Shown here one piece after another: positions 47,963 through 57,133 of a stretch of DNA of 64,000 nt (its first letter is position 1; every line of letters begins with the position of its first letter). The DNA is from a virus (Duplodnaviria > Caudoviricetes). The notes beneath the pieces were generated by a model, which saw only the letters and a list, made by a program, of their open reading frames with translations, searched no databases and had not been told where the DNA came from. The stretch spans positions 98,083 through 162,082 of the IMG/VR virus record IMGVR_UViG_3300042973_000021. One strand, written 5' to 3'. The position numbers and the translations under genes were made by a program.

Positions 47963-48700
47963 TTAGTGTGAGAGAAGCGAAAGCCGCTTCCTTAAGTCAT
48001 CTGCCTTTACGGCAGTATCTGTTTCCTTGTGCTTCTGCTTTGGGGTAAGCTTTGAAAGAAGAGAGTCTGTTACTGACTTCCTTGAGAAAAGCATGAGGCC
48101 TTCATCGGAAAGCTCCTCTTCTTCTGTAAGTGACTGATCGCCGCCTGCAAATAAGATCTCGTCTGCAAAGCCCAGGCGTTTTGCCTCTTTTGCGTTCATC
48201 CAAGTTTCAGCATCCATAAGTCTGCTGATCTTATTTCGGGAAAGCCCGGACTTGATCTCATAGGCATTTACAATGGACTCCTTGACTTCAGAAAGCATCT
48301 CGATTGCCTTCTGCATCTCCTCCGAGTCCCCGATCGCTACGGTCATGGGATTGTGGATCATAAGCATGGCAACCGGGCTCATGCAGACCCTTGTCCCCGC
48401 CATCGCAATGACGGACGCTGCAGATGCCGCTAAGGCATCGATCTTTACCGTAACATCATATGGGTAATACATAAGCATGTTGTAGATCTGGGCGGCGGCA
48501 AAGACGTCTCCACCCGGAGAGTTGATCCAGAGGGTGATCTTTCCGCTGCCGCTTTCCAGCTCATCTTTAAAGAGCCTCGGCGTTACCTCGTCACCGTACC
48601 AGGACTCATCGGAAATTTCTCCGTCGAGGGTAAGCGTTCTTTCACTTTCGAATTCGTCCGGCTCTTCGTTTCTGATAAAGCTCCAGAACTTTCTTTTCAT
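47963..48700 (-). CDS. ClpP-type head maturation protease
   Basis: INSPGGDVF, AASAAS, MIHNP, ETWM. Confidence 0.93.
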   Translation of the reverse strand: MKRKFWSFIRNEEPDEFESERTLTLDGEISDESWYGDEVTPRLFKDELESGSGKITLWINSPGGDVFAAAQIYNMLMYYPYDVTVKIDALAASAASVIAMAGTRVCMSPVAMLMIHNPMTVAIGDSEEMQKAIEMLSEVKESIVNAYEIKSGLSRNKISRLMDAETWMNAKEAKRLGFADEILFAGGDQSLTEEEELSDEGLMLFSRKSVTDSLLSKLTPKQKHKETDTAVKADDLRKRLSLLSH

Positions 48701-50040
48701 AAGGGTTTCTTCCTCCTTTCAGGGAGCCGGGCATCTGTCTCCTCCGGTTCCTCTTCCTGTTTCTCTTCACCGTTCTCATCTTTCTCGTCAGTCTCCTCAC
48801 TTTCCTGCCCTGATGCCGCGAATATGCCTGCATCAGACAACTTTGTCATGTTGCCGTTTATGAGGTAAAGATCTCCTCCATCCTCCTCCGGGATTCTGTC
48901 CAGGTTCTCAAGCTCTCTAATGTCGTTTGCGCTCATCCAGCCGTTCTGCCTTGCAGTAGCGTAGCCGCTCATGCGGCTTGCATAGTCACCCCGGAGGAGC
49001 CCGTCCACGTTGAACTTGAAAAAGTAGTCCTTCTTCTCATCCTCTGAAAGGAGCGCCTTTCTCATGGCCTGCTCCCAGCGGCAGACCCAGGGGTCAAGGG
49101 TGTATTTCACAAACTCAAGAGACTGCTGCTCGATATTGGAAAAGGTGCTGTGGTCAAGGTCCCCTATCATATGTGGAGGGATCCTGAAAATACGCGCGAT
49201 CTCATCGATCTGAAATTTCCTCGTCTCAAGAAACTGTGCTTCCTGAGGGTTGATGGAGATCGGCGTGTACTTCATTCCTTCCTCGAGGACCGCTACCTTG
49301 TGGGCATTTCCGCTTCCTCCGAAAGTCTGCTGCCAGCTCTCTCTTATCCTTGACGGATCCTTAAGAATCCCCGGATGCTCTAATACTCCGCTTGGAGCAG
49401 CCCCGTTAGCAAAGAACTTGGCCCCGTACTCCTCGCAGGCTATCGCCATGCCGATTGCATTCTTAGCCATCGCGATCGGAGAATATCCGACCAGGCCGTC
49501 AAAGCCAAGGCCCGGGATATGAAGAATGTCCCGGGGTGAAAGTCTTACCGTTGAGCCTTTCATCGTATGCGCATCATCGTCTGATGTGGTGTACTCATAG
49601 TAAAGAGCTCCCCTATCGTCTCGGTCCACAGTCATGCGGTTTGGCATGAGAGGATAAAGGGCAATGACCTCGCCCTTTCCATTTCTTATAATCTGGGCGT
49701 AGGCATTTCCCCAGAGGAGAAGATGGGTCATAAGGGTCTCCCGGAAGACAAAGGAGGTCATCTCGGGATTCGGCTCATCGTGAAGGAGGCTGTATAATGG
49801 ATGGTCTATGGCCTTCTCCTTGCTGCCATTTCCGGTATAGCGGTAGAGGTGAAGCGGAAGGCCCGCCACTGCTTCAGAGAGGACTCTTACGCAGGAGTAG
49901 ACGGCAGTCATCTGCATAGCAGAGCGCTCTGTCACGGTCTTCCCGCTGGTGGTGCCTCCGAGGAAAAAACTGAAGGCACTGCCAGATGTCCTGTCCTTGG
50001 GCTTGTCTCTGCTCTTAAAAATACCTTTTAATATGCTCAT
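48697..50040 (-). CDS. HK97-family portal protein
   Basis: LLLWGNAY, GYSPI, IARIFRIPP. Confidence 0.93.
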   Translation of the reverse strand: MSILKGIFKSRDKPKDRTSGSAFSFFLGGTTSGKTVTERSAMQMTAVYSCVRVLSEAVAGLPLHLYRYTGNGSKEKAIDHPLYSLLHDEPNPEMTSFVFRETLMTHLLLWGNAYAQIIRNGKGEVIALYPLMPNRMTVDRDDRGALYYEYTTSDDDAHTMKGSTVRLSPRDILHIPGLGFDGLVGYSPIAMAKNAIGMAIACEEYGAKFFANGAAPSGVLEHPGILKDPSRIRESWQQTFGGSGNAHKVAVLEEGMKYTPISINPQEAQFLETRKFQIDEIARIFRIPPHMIGDLDHSTFSNIEQQSLEFVKYTLDPWVCRWEQAMRKALLSEDEKKDYFFKFNVDGLLRGDYASRMSGYATARQNGWMSANDIRELENLDRIPEEDGGDLYLINGNMTKLSDAGIFAASGQESEETDEKDENGEEKQEEEPEETDARLPERRKKPL

Positions 50041-50098
50041 GATTTCTCCTTCTAAAGGCATAAGAAAAGCACCTGCCCGCCTGGACAGATGCTTAATT

Positions 50099-51694
50099 TT
50101 ACAAAACTAAAAGTCCTCTGCTGTCATAGACTGACTCGCCATCATCGTTTCCGCAGCGGATTGCCCGGTCAAGCGCCATCACCAGGGCTACCGACCCGTC
50201 TATCTTCTCGGTGGACTTTTCCTTGTCCATCTTGATGTTTCCTGCCGGATCTGTCCTCACATAGACGTTATCCATCATCCAGCGAAGGACCGGATGCCCT
50301 CCGTGAGCGATCTTTTCATCAAGCACGAGCCTCATCAGCTCCTTAGTAGGCGGGCTCATCGATGCGAACCCTTGAGCGAAAGGAACTACGGTAAAGCCCA
50401 TGCCCTCTAAGTTCTGCACCATCTGGACCGCTCCCCAGCGGTCAAAGGCGATCTCACGGATATTGTACTTCTCTCCAAGGCGTTCGATGAACTTCTCGAT
50501 AAAGCCGTAGTGGATGACATTTCCTTCTGTCGTAAGAAGTGCTCCCTGCTTCTGCCAGAGGTCATAAGGGACGTGGTCCCGCCGGACTCTTAATTCCATG
50601 GTGTCCTCCGGCACCCAGAAGTAAGGGAGAACGATGTACTTGTCATCCTCGTCAAGCGGCGGAAAGACCAGGACAAAGGCCGTGACGTCTGTCGTAGACG
50701 AAAGATCCAGGCCGCCATAGCAGACCCTGCCATAAAGTTCGGTTTCATCTACTGGAAAAGCGCAGGCATCCCACTTGTCCATCGGCATCCAGCGGACAGA
50801 CTGCTTGACCCACTGATCAAGTCTCAGCTGCCGGAAGGCGTTCTCCTCCTGGGGATTCTGCTTGGCTGACTCGCAGGCCGCCCGGACCTTGTCGATATCG
50901 ATCGTAACGCCAAGGGAAGGATTCGCCTTTTTCCAGACCTTCGGGTCTGTCCAGTCCTCGTCCATGTCTGCCCCGTAGATCACGGGATAGAAGGTGTCGT
51001 CATGCTTTCTGCTTTCTAAAATGTCGACTGCCTTCTGGTGAAGCTCGTAGCAAATGGAGTTTACATCATTTCCGGCTGTCGTGATGATAAAGTGCAGCGG
51101 GTTCTTCCTTGCGTCCGATGTTCCCTTTGTCATCATGTCAAAGAACTTCCGGTCCTTCTGGACCCAGAGCTCGTCAAAGACAAGGCCCGAAACATTTACA
51201 CCGGACTTCCCGGCAACTTCTGCCGATACGGCCTTGTACACCGAGTTGGTAGGACGGTAGTGAATCGTCTTTCGGCTTGGGCGGATATCGCAGTATTTTC
51301 TTAGGGTCCGGTGGAGCTTCACCATGTCGCAGGCCACATCAAAGACAAGCGAGGCCTGGTCGCGGTCAGCGGCGCAGCCGTAAACCTCAGCCCTCTGCTC
51401 CCCGTCCGCGCAGAGAAGGTAAAGCGCCACGGCGGCTGCAAGCTCAGACTTGCCGCACTTCTTCGGGATCTCGATGTAGGCAGTCGTAAACTGGCGGTAA
51501 CCATTTGGCTTTAAGATGCCGAAGATGTCTCTGATGATCTGCTCCTGCCAAGGCATAAGGATAAAAGGCTTCTTGAAAAACTCTCCCTTGGTATGGGAAA
51601 GCTGCTCGATAAACATCACAACAAGGTCGGCAGCCTCCTTGTCATAGTGCGAGCTTTCCGCCATGAACTTAGATGGCTTGTATTTTTCTGCCAT
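50099..51694 (-). CDS. terL: Terminase large subunit
   Basis: PKKCGKSEL Walker A, FDE, GLDLS, KIDG. Confidence 0.93.
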   Translation of the reverse strand: MAEKYKPSKFMAESSHYDKEAADLVVMFIEQLSHTKGEFFKKPFILMPWQEQIIRDIFGILKPNGYRQFTTAYIEIPKKCGKSELAAAVALYLLCADGEQRAEVYGCAADRDQASLVFDVACDMVKLHRTLRKYCDIRPSRKTIHYRPTNSVYKAVSAEVAGKSGVNVSGLVFDELWVQKDRKFFDMMTKGTSDARKNPLHFIITTAGNDVNSICYELHQKAVDILESRKHDDTFYPVIYGADMDEDWTDPKVWKKANPSLGVTIDIDKVRAACESAKQNPQEENAFRQLRLDQWVKQSVRWMPMDKWDACAFPVDETELYGRVCYGGLDLSSTTDVTAFVLVFPPLDEDDKYIVLPYFWVPEDTMELRVRRDHVPYDLWQKQGALLTTEGNVIHYGFIEKFIERLGEKYNIREIAFDRWGAVQMVQNLEGMGFTVVPFAQGFASMSPPTKELMRLVLDEKIAHGGHPVLRWMMDNVYVRTDPAGNIKMDKEKSTEKIDGSVALVMALDRAIRCGNDDGESVYDSRGLLVL

Positions 51695-51753
51695 GGGTTT
51701 TCACCTCCTCTCCTGGCAAAAGAAAAAGACCGCCGAAGCGATCTTTTTAAATA

Positions 51754-51981
51754 TCAGTTGTATCTGTGAAGGAGGATGGCATAGGCAAGCTGGCTCGCCT
51801 CATCCTCCGGCTCCATGTCCCAGCCGCGATCGTAGTTTAAGGTCGTCCTGCCGCTTACCTTAAGCTGCATCTTGCTGATCCGCCCTCCTTCGATTCCGTA
51901 GTCTTCGGAGGGCATCTCATAGCATTTGACCTGGTAGCTTACGTCGGTTCCTTCAATCTCAAGAATTCCCTTTTTCCACAT
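51754..51981 (-). CDS. Small conserved hypothetical protein
   Basis: MWKKG...GIEGGRISK...NYDRGWD; AAGGAGG RBS. Confidence 0.7.
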   Translation of the reverse strand: MWKKGILEIEGTDVSYQVKCYEMPSEDYGIEGGRISKMQLKVSGRTTLNYDRGWDMEPEDEASQLAYAILLHRYN

Positions 51982-51991
51982 GGCGGCCTCC

Positions 51992-52459
51992 TTAGGCGAT
52001 CGTAAACTCGATCCCGTTCTTTCTTTCCGGCTCGTCTGATCCGAAGCGGTGGTCATCTTTTCTTGTGACGGTCTTTAAGCCTCCCATTTTCCAGCCGTTT
52101 TCTGAAAGTCCGTATATTCCGTCCATAAGGCCTGTGCTCTGGTCGGTGACTGTGATGGCGCTGATTCCGGCTTCCTTTAAGGTGTCCGCGAAGTCTTTCA
52201 TATCCTTAGGCCAAGGCAGGTCCTCAACTTCGAAGCAGTCCGCTCCGCGGTAGTTTACATTCTGGTAAGCCCAGTAGGCTTTCATCGCTCCGTCTGAGTA
52301 AGGGAATGGATTCTCCTCTTCGAAGGCCTTCATGAGGGCTGTCCCCTCATCGTATTTTTCTTCTTCGAAAAGTTTGCTCCTCTTTTCTCTTGCGGCTTCT
52401 TTCTTTTCCTGGTAGCTTCTGACTGTCTTGTACATTTCTTCAAAGTATGTGTTCTTCAT
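51992..52459 (-). CDS. Conserved hypothetical protein
   Basis: GGAGG RBS; downstream of a 34-bp motif. Confidence 0.7.
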   Translation of the reverse strand: MKNTYFEEMYKTVRSYQEKKEAAREKRSKLFEEEKYDEGTALMKAFEEENPFPYSDGAMKAYWAYQNVNYRGADCFEVEDLPWPKDMKDFADTLKEAGISAITVTDQSTGLMDGIYGLSENGWKMGGLKTVTRKDDHRFGSDEPERKNGIEFTIA

Positions 52460-52563
52460 GGTCTTTTCCTCCGTTTAGCTTTGCTTCCTTTGGCATGTAC
52501 ATATATCACTCTAAAGCCTTGAAATAGCAAGCTTTATATGTGATTTATCGGAGGATTTTCCCA

Positions 52564-52746
52564 TTAATTTTCTTCTCCTGTCAGGATGAAATGAACGTAC
52601 TCTTTCCGGTGCTCCTCAAGAAAATATACGAGCTCGTAGTAGTGATTCTTGAAGGCGATCCTCTGCACGAAGGAGATGTCAAACATGTTGGTAACCCCCA
52701 TATCCCGGATAGAGAGGATCTGGTCTTTTATCTTCTTATCCATCAC
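52564..52746 (-). CDS. DUF5049-like protein
   Basis: QILSIRD.G.TNMFD...FILTGE. Confidence 0.7.
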   Translation of the reverse strand: MMDKKIKDQILSIRDMGVTNMFDISFVQRIAFKNHYYELVYFLEEHRKEYVHFILTGEEN

Positions 52747-52961
52747 TTACCCACCTTTCTCACCTGGTCCTCCCCGTAGATCACAGCAAGGCCGGACCCG
52801 TTATCCCAGTGGACCAGAAGGCTCCCGGTGTCATCGACTCCGTAGACCGTGCCCAGGGTCCCTTTGGGCGGGGCCTGGACATCATCCATTTTTATAAGTT
52901 CAATCCTTGTGTCTGCAGGATAAAGCTCCCGCAGGCATCTAAGTTCATTTTTGCTTATCAT
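52743..52961 (-). CDS. DUF4314-like protein
   Basis: MDD.QAPP.GT.GTV..VDD.G...V.WDNGSGL. Confidence 0.75.
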   Translation of the reverse strand: MISKNELRCLRELYPADTRIELIKMDDVQAPPKGTLGTVYGVDDTGSLLVHWDNGSGLAVIYGEDQVRKVGK

Positions 52962-53633
52962 TTAGGCTTCCTCCTGTCTTTCCTTTGCCGGAGCTCCGTT
53001 CTTCCAGCTTGAGCTTCCGGAAAGGTTACGAAGCAGGATCTTTCGCTCCGCCTTGTACTCAGGCCCGATAAATCCGAGCCTAAGAAGGAAGCAGCGGAAG
53101 CTGTACTTTTCGTTTGTCACCGGAAGCTCCCTTTTGCTTGTGCGGTTAAGCTCTTTTGAAAGAGCGCACAGCTTCGCGATAAAGTCGGTGTAGGCTCTTG
53201 CCTCATCGGCATCCGGTGTTTCCTTAAACCAGGGAAATGCGATCCGATCATCCTTTACCTCGAAACCCAGGGCATCAACTCCCAAGGCATGGCGAATAAG
53301 CTTTCCTTTGGCGGTAAGCAGGTTGTCAAGGTTCTCAGTGTTTGCTTTATTAAGTGGAATCTCGACCGTAAGGCCGGCGCTTTCCAGGGTTTCCGCTTCC
53401 TCACTCTCCGGCTCTTCCGGGCTGAAGCTGACCTTTTCAAGCTCATCTCTTATGTGCATCATCTTCTCCTCATCATCACATACGACCGTCCCGTTCTTTT
53501 CCACGGTGACATCCCCGATCCTGTAGGCGCATGTCGGCATAAACTGATACTCGGATGTATCACCTGTGATCCGGCAGATCTCTGTGACCAGGGCTTTTCT
53601 TTCCTCGCCCTCTGCGTTGTAGCTTAGTTTCAT
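52962..53633 (-). CDS. Conserved prophage protein
   Basis: NEKYSFRCFLLRLGFIG...LLRNLSG. Confidence 0.7.
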   Translation of the reverse strand: MKLSYNAEGEERKALVTEICRITGDTSEYQFMPTCAYRIGDVTVEKNGTVVCDDEEKMMHIRDELEKVSFSPEEPESEEAETLESAGLTVEIPLNKANTENLDNLLTAKGKLIRHALGVDALGFEVKDDRIAFPWFKETPDADEARAYTDFIAKLCALSKELNRTSKRELPVTNEKYSFRCFLLRLGFIGPEYKAERKILLRNLSGSSSWKNGAPAKERQEEA

Positions 53634-53725
53634 AATGCGTACCTCCTTGCTTTGCTTTTGGTACGTACATATATCGCTCTGAACCGCTGTAATAGCAAGT
53701 CAATTCTGCTGTAATTTCCAACGAT

Positions 53726-54982
53726 TTAAGAGATTTCTTTCGGAAGATCATCGTAGGAGATTTTCTTCCCTTCACGGATCACATAACAGTCCGCGGAATC
53801 ATCGTCCTTAAACTGAATGTACCGTTTCACCGCCACATCGACGAACTTCGGCTCAAGCTCAATCCCGTAGCAGGTACGGTTAAGCTGCTCACAGGCGATG
53901 AGAGTTGAGGCAGAGCCAAGGAATCCATCAAGGACCAGGCCGTTTGACTGGGTGCATTGCTTTATAAGATACGCAATGAGCGGGACTGGTTTTGAACTAG
54001 GGTGTCCGAATCCATCCTTCGAGGAATCCCGGATACCATCGAATCCTTCAATCACCGAGGTCTGCTTCTGGTCGCCATACCAGGTGTGCTTTCCGTCCTT
54101 ACGCCAGCCAAAGATGATCGGCTCCATGTTGAACTTCCAGTCAGTCCTCATAAAAGGAGCTCTCGGCTTCTTCCAGATCAGGCCAGCACCGACCTTAAAG
54201 CCAGCATCCTCAAAGGCATCATAGAAGACTCTTGTCTTCATGGTGGCGTAGAACTCATAGATGGAAGCATCAGTAGCCATGACGTTCTTAAAGTTCGTAA
54301 AGCACTTCATGAGGAACTCGTAGGCTTCCTTGTCTCCTAGGTTGTCATTTTTAATCGTGCCTGACTTGTTCTTTAGCTCAACGAAGTAAGGCGCGTCGGT
54401 ACAGACGAGGTTTACTTTTTTGTCCCCAAGCAATTCTGTGTATGTATCTTCCTTGGTGGAGTCCCCGCAGATCACGGTGTGTCTGCCAAGATGCCAGATG
54501 TCACCGGTCCTGGAAAAGCAAGGCTTCTCAAGCTCTGCATCCACATCGAAGTCATCCTCCTGGCCTTCCGCATCGGTATCCATAAGCTTTGCCAGGTCCT
54601 TCTCGTCAAACCCCAGGAGGGACAGATCAAAAGCGTCCTCCTGCAGGTCGGACAGCTCTACAGAGAGCATCTCTTCATCCCATCCGGCATTTAATGACAG
54701 CTGGTTGTCCGCGATGATGTAGGCCCGCTTCTGGGCTTCGGTAAGATACTCCTCCTTCACACACGGGACCTGCTTTAATCCAAGCTTCTGGGCTGCGTAG
54801 AATCTGCCGTGGCCGCAGAGGATGGTATTGTCACCGGAGATGACGATGGGAGATAAGAAACCGAACTCCTTGATGGAGGCTGCGATCTGGGCGACCTGGG
54901 CATCGGAGTGTGTCCTTGCATTCCTGGCGTAGGGTATGAGCTTTTCGATATCTTCAAGATAATACTGTGTCTGTTTTTCCAT
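53726..54982 (-). CDS. ParB-N-terminal N6/N4 DNA methyltransferase
   Basis: YARNARTHS..GHGR ParB domain; TDAPY motif IV; HPSSKP; LDGFLGSAST. Confidence 0.85.
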   Translation of the reverse strand: MEKQTQYYLEDIEKLIPYARNARTHSDAQVAQIAASIKEFGFLSPIVISGDNTILCGHGRFYAAQKLGLKQVPCVKEEYLTEAQKRAYIIADNQLSLNAGWDEEMLSVELSDLQEDAFDLSLLGFDEKDLAKLMDTDAEGQEDDFDVDAELEKPCFSRTGDIWHLGRHTVICGDSTKEDTYTELLGDKKVNLVCTDAPYFVELKNKSGTIKNDNLGDKEAYEFLMKCFTNFKNVMATDASIYEFYATMKTRVFYDAFEDAGFKVGAGLIWKKPRAPFMRTDWKFNMEPIIFGWRKDGKHTWYGDQKQTSVIEGFDGIRDSSKDGFGHPSSKPVPLIAYLIKQCTQSNGLVLDGFLGSASTLIACEQLNRTCYGIELEPKFVDVAVKRYIQFKDDDSADCYVIREGKKISYDDLPKEIS

Positions 54983-55554
54983 TAGTTACCTCCGCTTCTG
55001 GCCCGAAGCAGCCGCTCCATCACATCATCCTGGGGATTTGATCCCTTGAACTCAGTCGAGCAGTTCTCCTTTACGATCTGGAAGATCTCGTCCCAGAGCC
55101 TGTTTGCCTGATTCATGTAGTTGATCCCGATGTTTATAAAGGGAGACGGGATCGGCCTTCCTGTCGTCGGGTGCTTGCCAAGGTACCCCAGCTTTGAGGT
55201 GATCTTCTCGCAGGCGATCCACCTGGCGGAGGCCATGGCGTAGCGCTCAAGAAGAGATGGAGATACCGCCCGGGCCACCCCCAGGCCGTCAAGCCACTCC
55301 CAGGTCTCCTTGTAGATGTCGGTTGCCGCAAGCTGAGAGCCGTCATGCTGGGTGTCTGACAGGAACTCATGCGGCTCCGGCATTTCCTCCCCTTCGATGT
55401 CTGGAATGTCCAGGACCTCAAGGGGCCTTCCGCCGGGATTTCCGTTCTCAAACTTTTCTATGGCGGCCTTTTTCTTCCGCCCTGCTCCGGGGCGCTTTCC
55501 TCCCCGGCCTCCGATGTTATTTGACTTTGTGGGCATAGAAAATGCTCCTTTCAT
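54982..55554 (-). CDS. terS: P27-family terminase small subunit
   Basis: RGGKRPGAGRK; PQDDVMERLL; located after the HNH gene. Confidence 0.8.
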   Translation of the reverse strand: MKGAFSMPTKSNNIGGRGGKRPGAGRKKKAAIEKFENGNPGGRPLEVLDIPDIEGEEMPEPHEFLSDTQHDGSQLAATDIYKETWEWLDGLGVARAVSPSLLERYAMASARWIACEKITSKLGYLGKHPTTGRPIPSPFINIGINYMNQANRLWDEIFQIVKENCSTEFKGSNPQDDVMERLLRARSGGN

Positions 55555-55664
55555 GCTGATTTTTACCGGGGTTTCGTGCCCGGGGCTATATTACCCTTTA
55601 GAATACGCGGTTTATGCGTAAACGACCCCGCGCCGTTTCCGTGAAGTATACAATTTAGAGATTT

Positions 55665-56027
55665 CTACCGGCCCTGCCTTGATTTAGTTTTTTGATGCAT
55701 CTTTTCGTGACAGGACCGGCAGAGACTCATGAGATTGTATTCCTCGCTGCTTCCTCCCTCCGAGAGCGGTACAATGTGGTGGACCTGCTCGGCCTTCACA
55801 TACCTGCCGTGCCTCAGGCACTCCTCGCAGAGCGGGTGCTTCTTTACGTAGCGGTCTCTGATCTTCTTCCACTTGTATCCGTAGCGTCTGTCTGCCGAGT
55901 AGCCTCTTGCGAAATGCTCGTAGTGCTTCTCCATGAACTTCCTGTGCTTCTCGCAGTACTGCTCGCCTTCCTCGGCAAAGCCCGGACAGCCGGGGTAGCG
56001 GCATGGCCGTTTGGGTTTAACTGGCAT
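55665..56027 (-). CDS. Packaging-associated HNH endonuclease
   Basis: HPLCEEC, VHHIVPL, NLMSLCRSCH. Confidence 0.9.
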   Translation of the reverse strand: MPVKPKRPCRYPGCPGFAEEGEQYCEKHRKFMEKHYEHFARGYSADRRYGYKWKKIRDRYVKKHPLCEECLRHGRYVKAEQVHHIVPLSEGGSSEEYNLMSLCRSCHEKMHQKTKSRQGR

Positions 56028-56052
56028 GCATCCTCACTTCCTTTTCTGCACG

Positions 56053-56500
56053 AAAAAACCCCGGAGGGAATTCCTCCGAGGCTTGGTAAATCTATGTTTT
56101 TGTCCTTTTTCACTAAGAACATGATAGCACTTCTGCCGACTGCATTCAACTGAACTCGACTGCACTTTACTGAACTCGACTGCACACTTTTACGTTCACA
56201 GTAAATGACCAGAGTCGTGCTATCATTCATGCAAAAACCCCGGAGGGAATTCCTCCGAGGTCTGATGCCGGAATGCTGTCCGGCTCTTTATACTATCTTC
56301 TGAGTTTATACTACCACAAATTTGAACTCGCATGTTGTTGCAAAGTGTTGCATTCTGTTGCAAAGCGTTGCAACTTTTCCGATGACGGTCAGCATCTAAG
56401 TTCTTCTACCATCATGTTCTATTCTACTAAGTATGTTATACCACATATTGACTGTGACATTCTACGACAAAGTATGCCAAAGTGCGACAAAGTATGACAA
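56053..56500 (-). promoter_or_regulatory. Late-control region: three 5x10-bp repeat arrays each with an extended -10, plus two copies of a terminator-like hairpin
   Basis: Arrays at 56139-56184, 56328-56372 and 56456-56500; hairpin AAAAACCCCGGAGGGAATTCCTCCGAGG at about 56054-56081 and 56233-56260. Confidence 0.7.
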
Positions 56501-56504
56501 CTTT

Positions 56505-56918
56505 TCATTCAGGCATGGAAAAGTTCTTAAGAGCCGACCCGTGGATGCGCTGAACAGTGCGGGTGGAAACGTTTAAGATGGCTGCGATCTCATCCCAGGT
56601 GTAGCCGTCTATGTAGCGGGAGCGAAGCACGATCTGCTCCTCACGGGAAGGCAGCAGGCTTATCTGCCTGCCGATTTCCTCGCGCTTGTCGATAAGCTTT
56701 GCCACCTTGCCTGCAACATCCCTCTCTGCCTCGTCGATACGCTCGATGCAGGCAACGAAGGCTGCGTCCGGTGTCTGAGCGCTGCCGTGCGGCATGCCAT
56801 CGAACTTTCCTTGGGAGATGGAGACGGACAGCTCTCTCCAGTAGTCAATCTCCCTTAAGCGGCAGTTTATCATTGCATCCAGGTGCCTGGCCTGGCCTAA
56901 GTATTGTTTAGGTGTCAT
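56505..56918 (-). CDS. RinA/ArpU/DUF1492-like late transcriptional activator
   Basis: KQYL.Q, C-terminal LRSRYIDG.TWDEIA..L..S.RTV.RIH HTH; last early gene. Confidence 0.82.
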   Translation of the reverse strand: MTPKQYLGQARHLDAMINCRLREIDYWRELSVSISQGKFDGMPHGSAQTPDAAFVACIERIDEAERDVAGKVAKLIDKREEIGRQISLLPSREEQIVLRSRYIDGYTWDEIAAILNVSTRTVQRIHGSALKNFSMPE

Positions 56919-57133
56919 CCCATGACCTCCTTTCTGATTTTCTCTATCACCATCTCCCCGTCCAAGTCTGTAAGAAGCAGGTACCAGTCCGAGCGGAAGA
57001 ACCTCTCCAGGGCTTTCTTCTGCGACCTGGCGGTATTGCTTGACGGGGACTTCTTTAAGGCCCGAAGCGCTGCCCGGTAGTCCTTTACAGCCTGCAGGAT
57101 GATGGCATTGGCAAGTCTCTCAACGGGCTCCAT
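56915..57133 (-). CDS. Conserved hypothetical phage protein
   Basis: LANAIILQAVKDYR...FFRS.W. Confidence 0.75.
   Translation of the reverse strand: MEPVERLANAIILQAVKDYRAALRALKKSPSSNTARSQKKALERFFRSDWYLLLTDLDGEMVIEKIRKEVMG

Noticed and set aside
56139-56500. Short repeats as a CRISPR array
   Set aside because: 10-bp period with no unique spacers, and no cas genes; DUF2800 is only a Cas4-like phage nuclease
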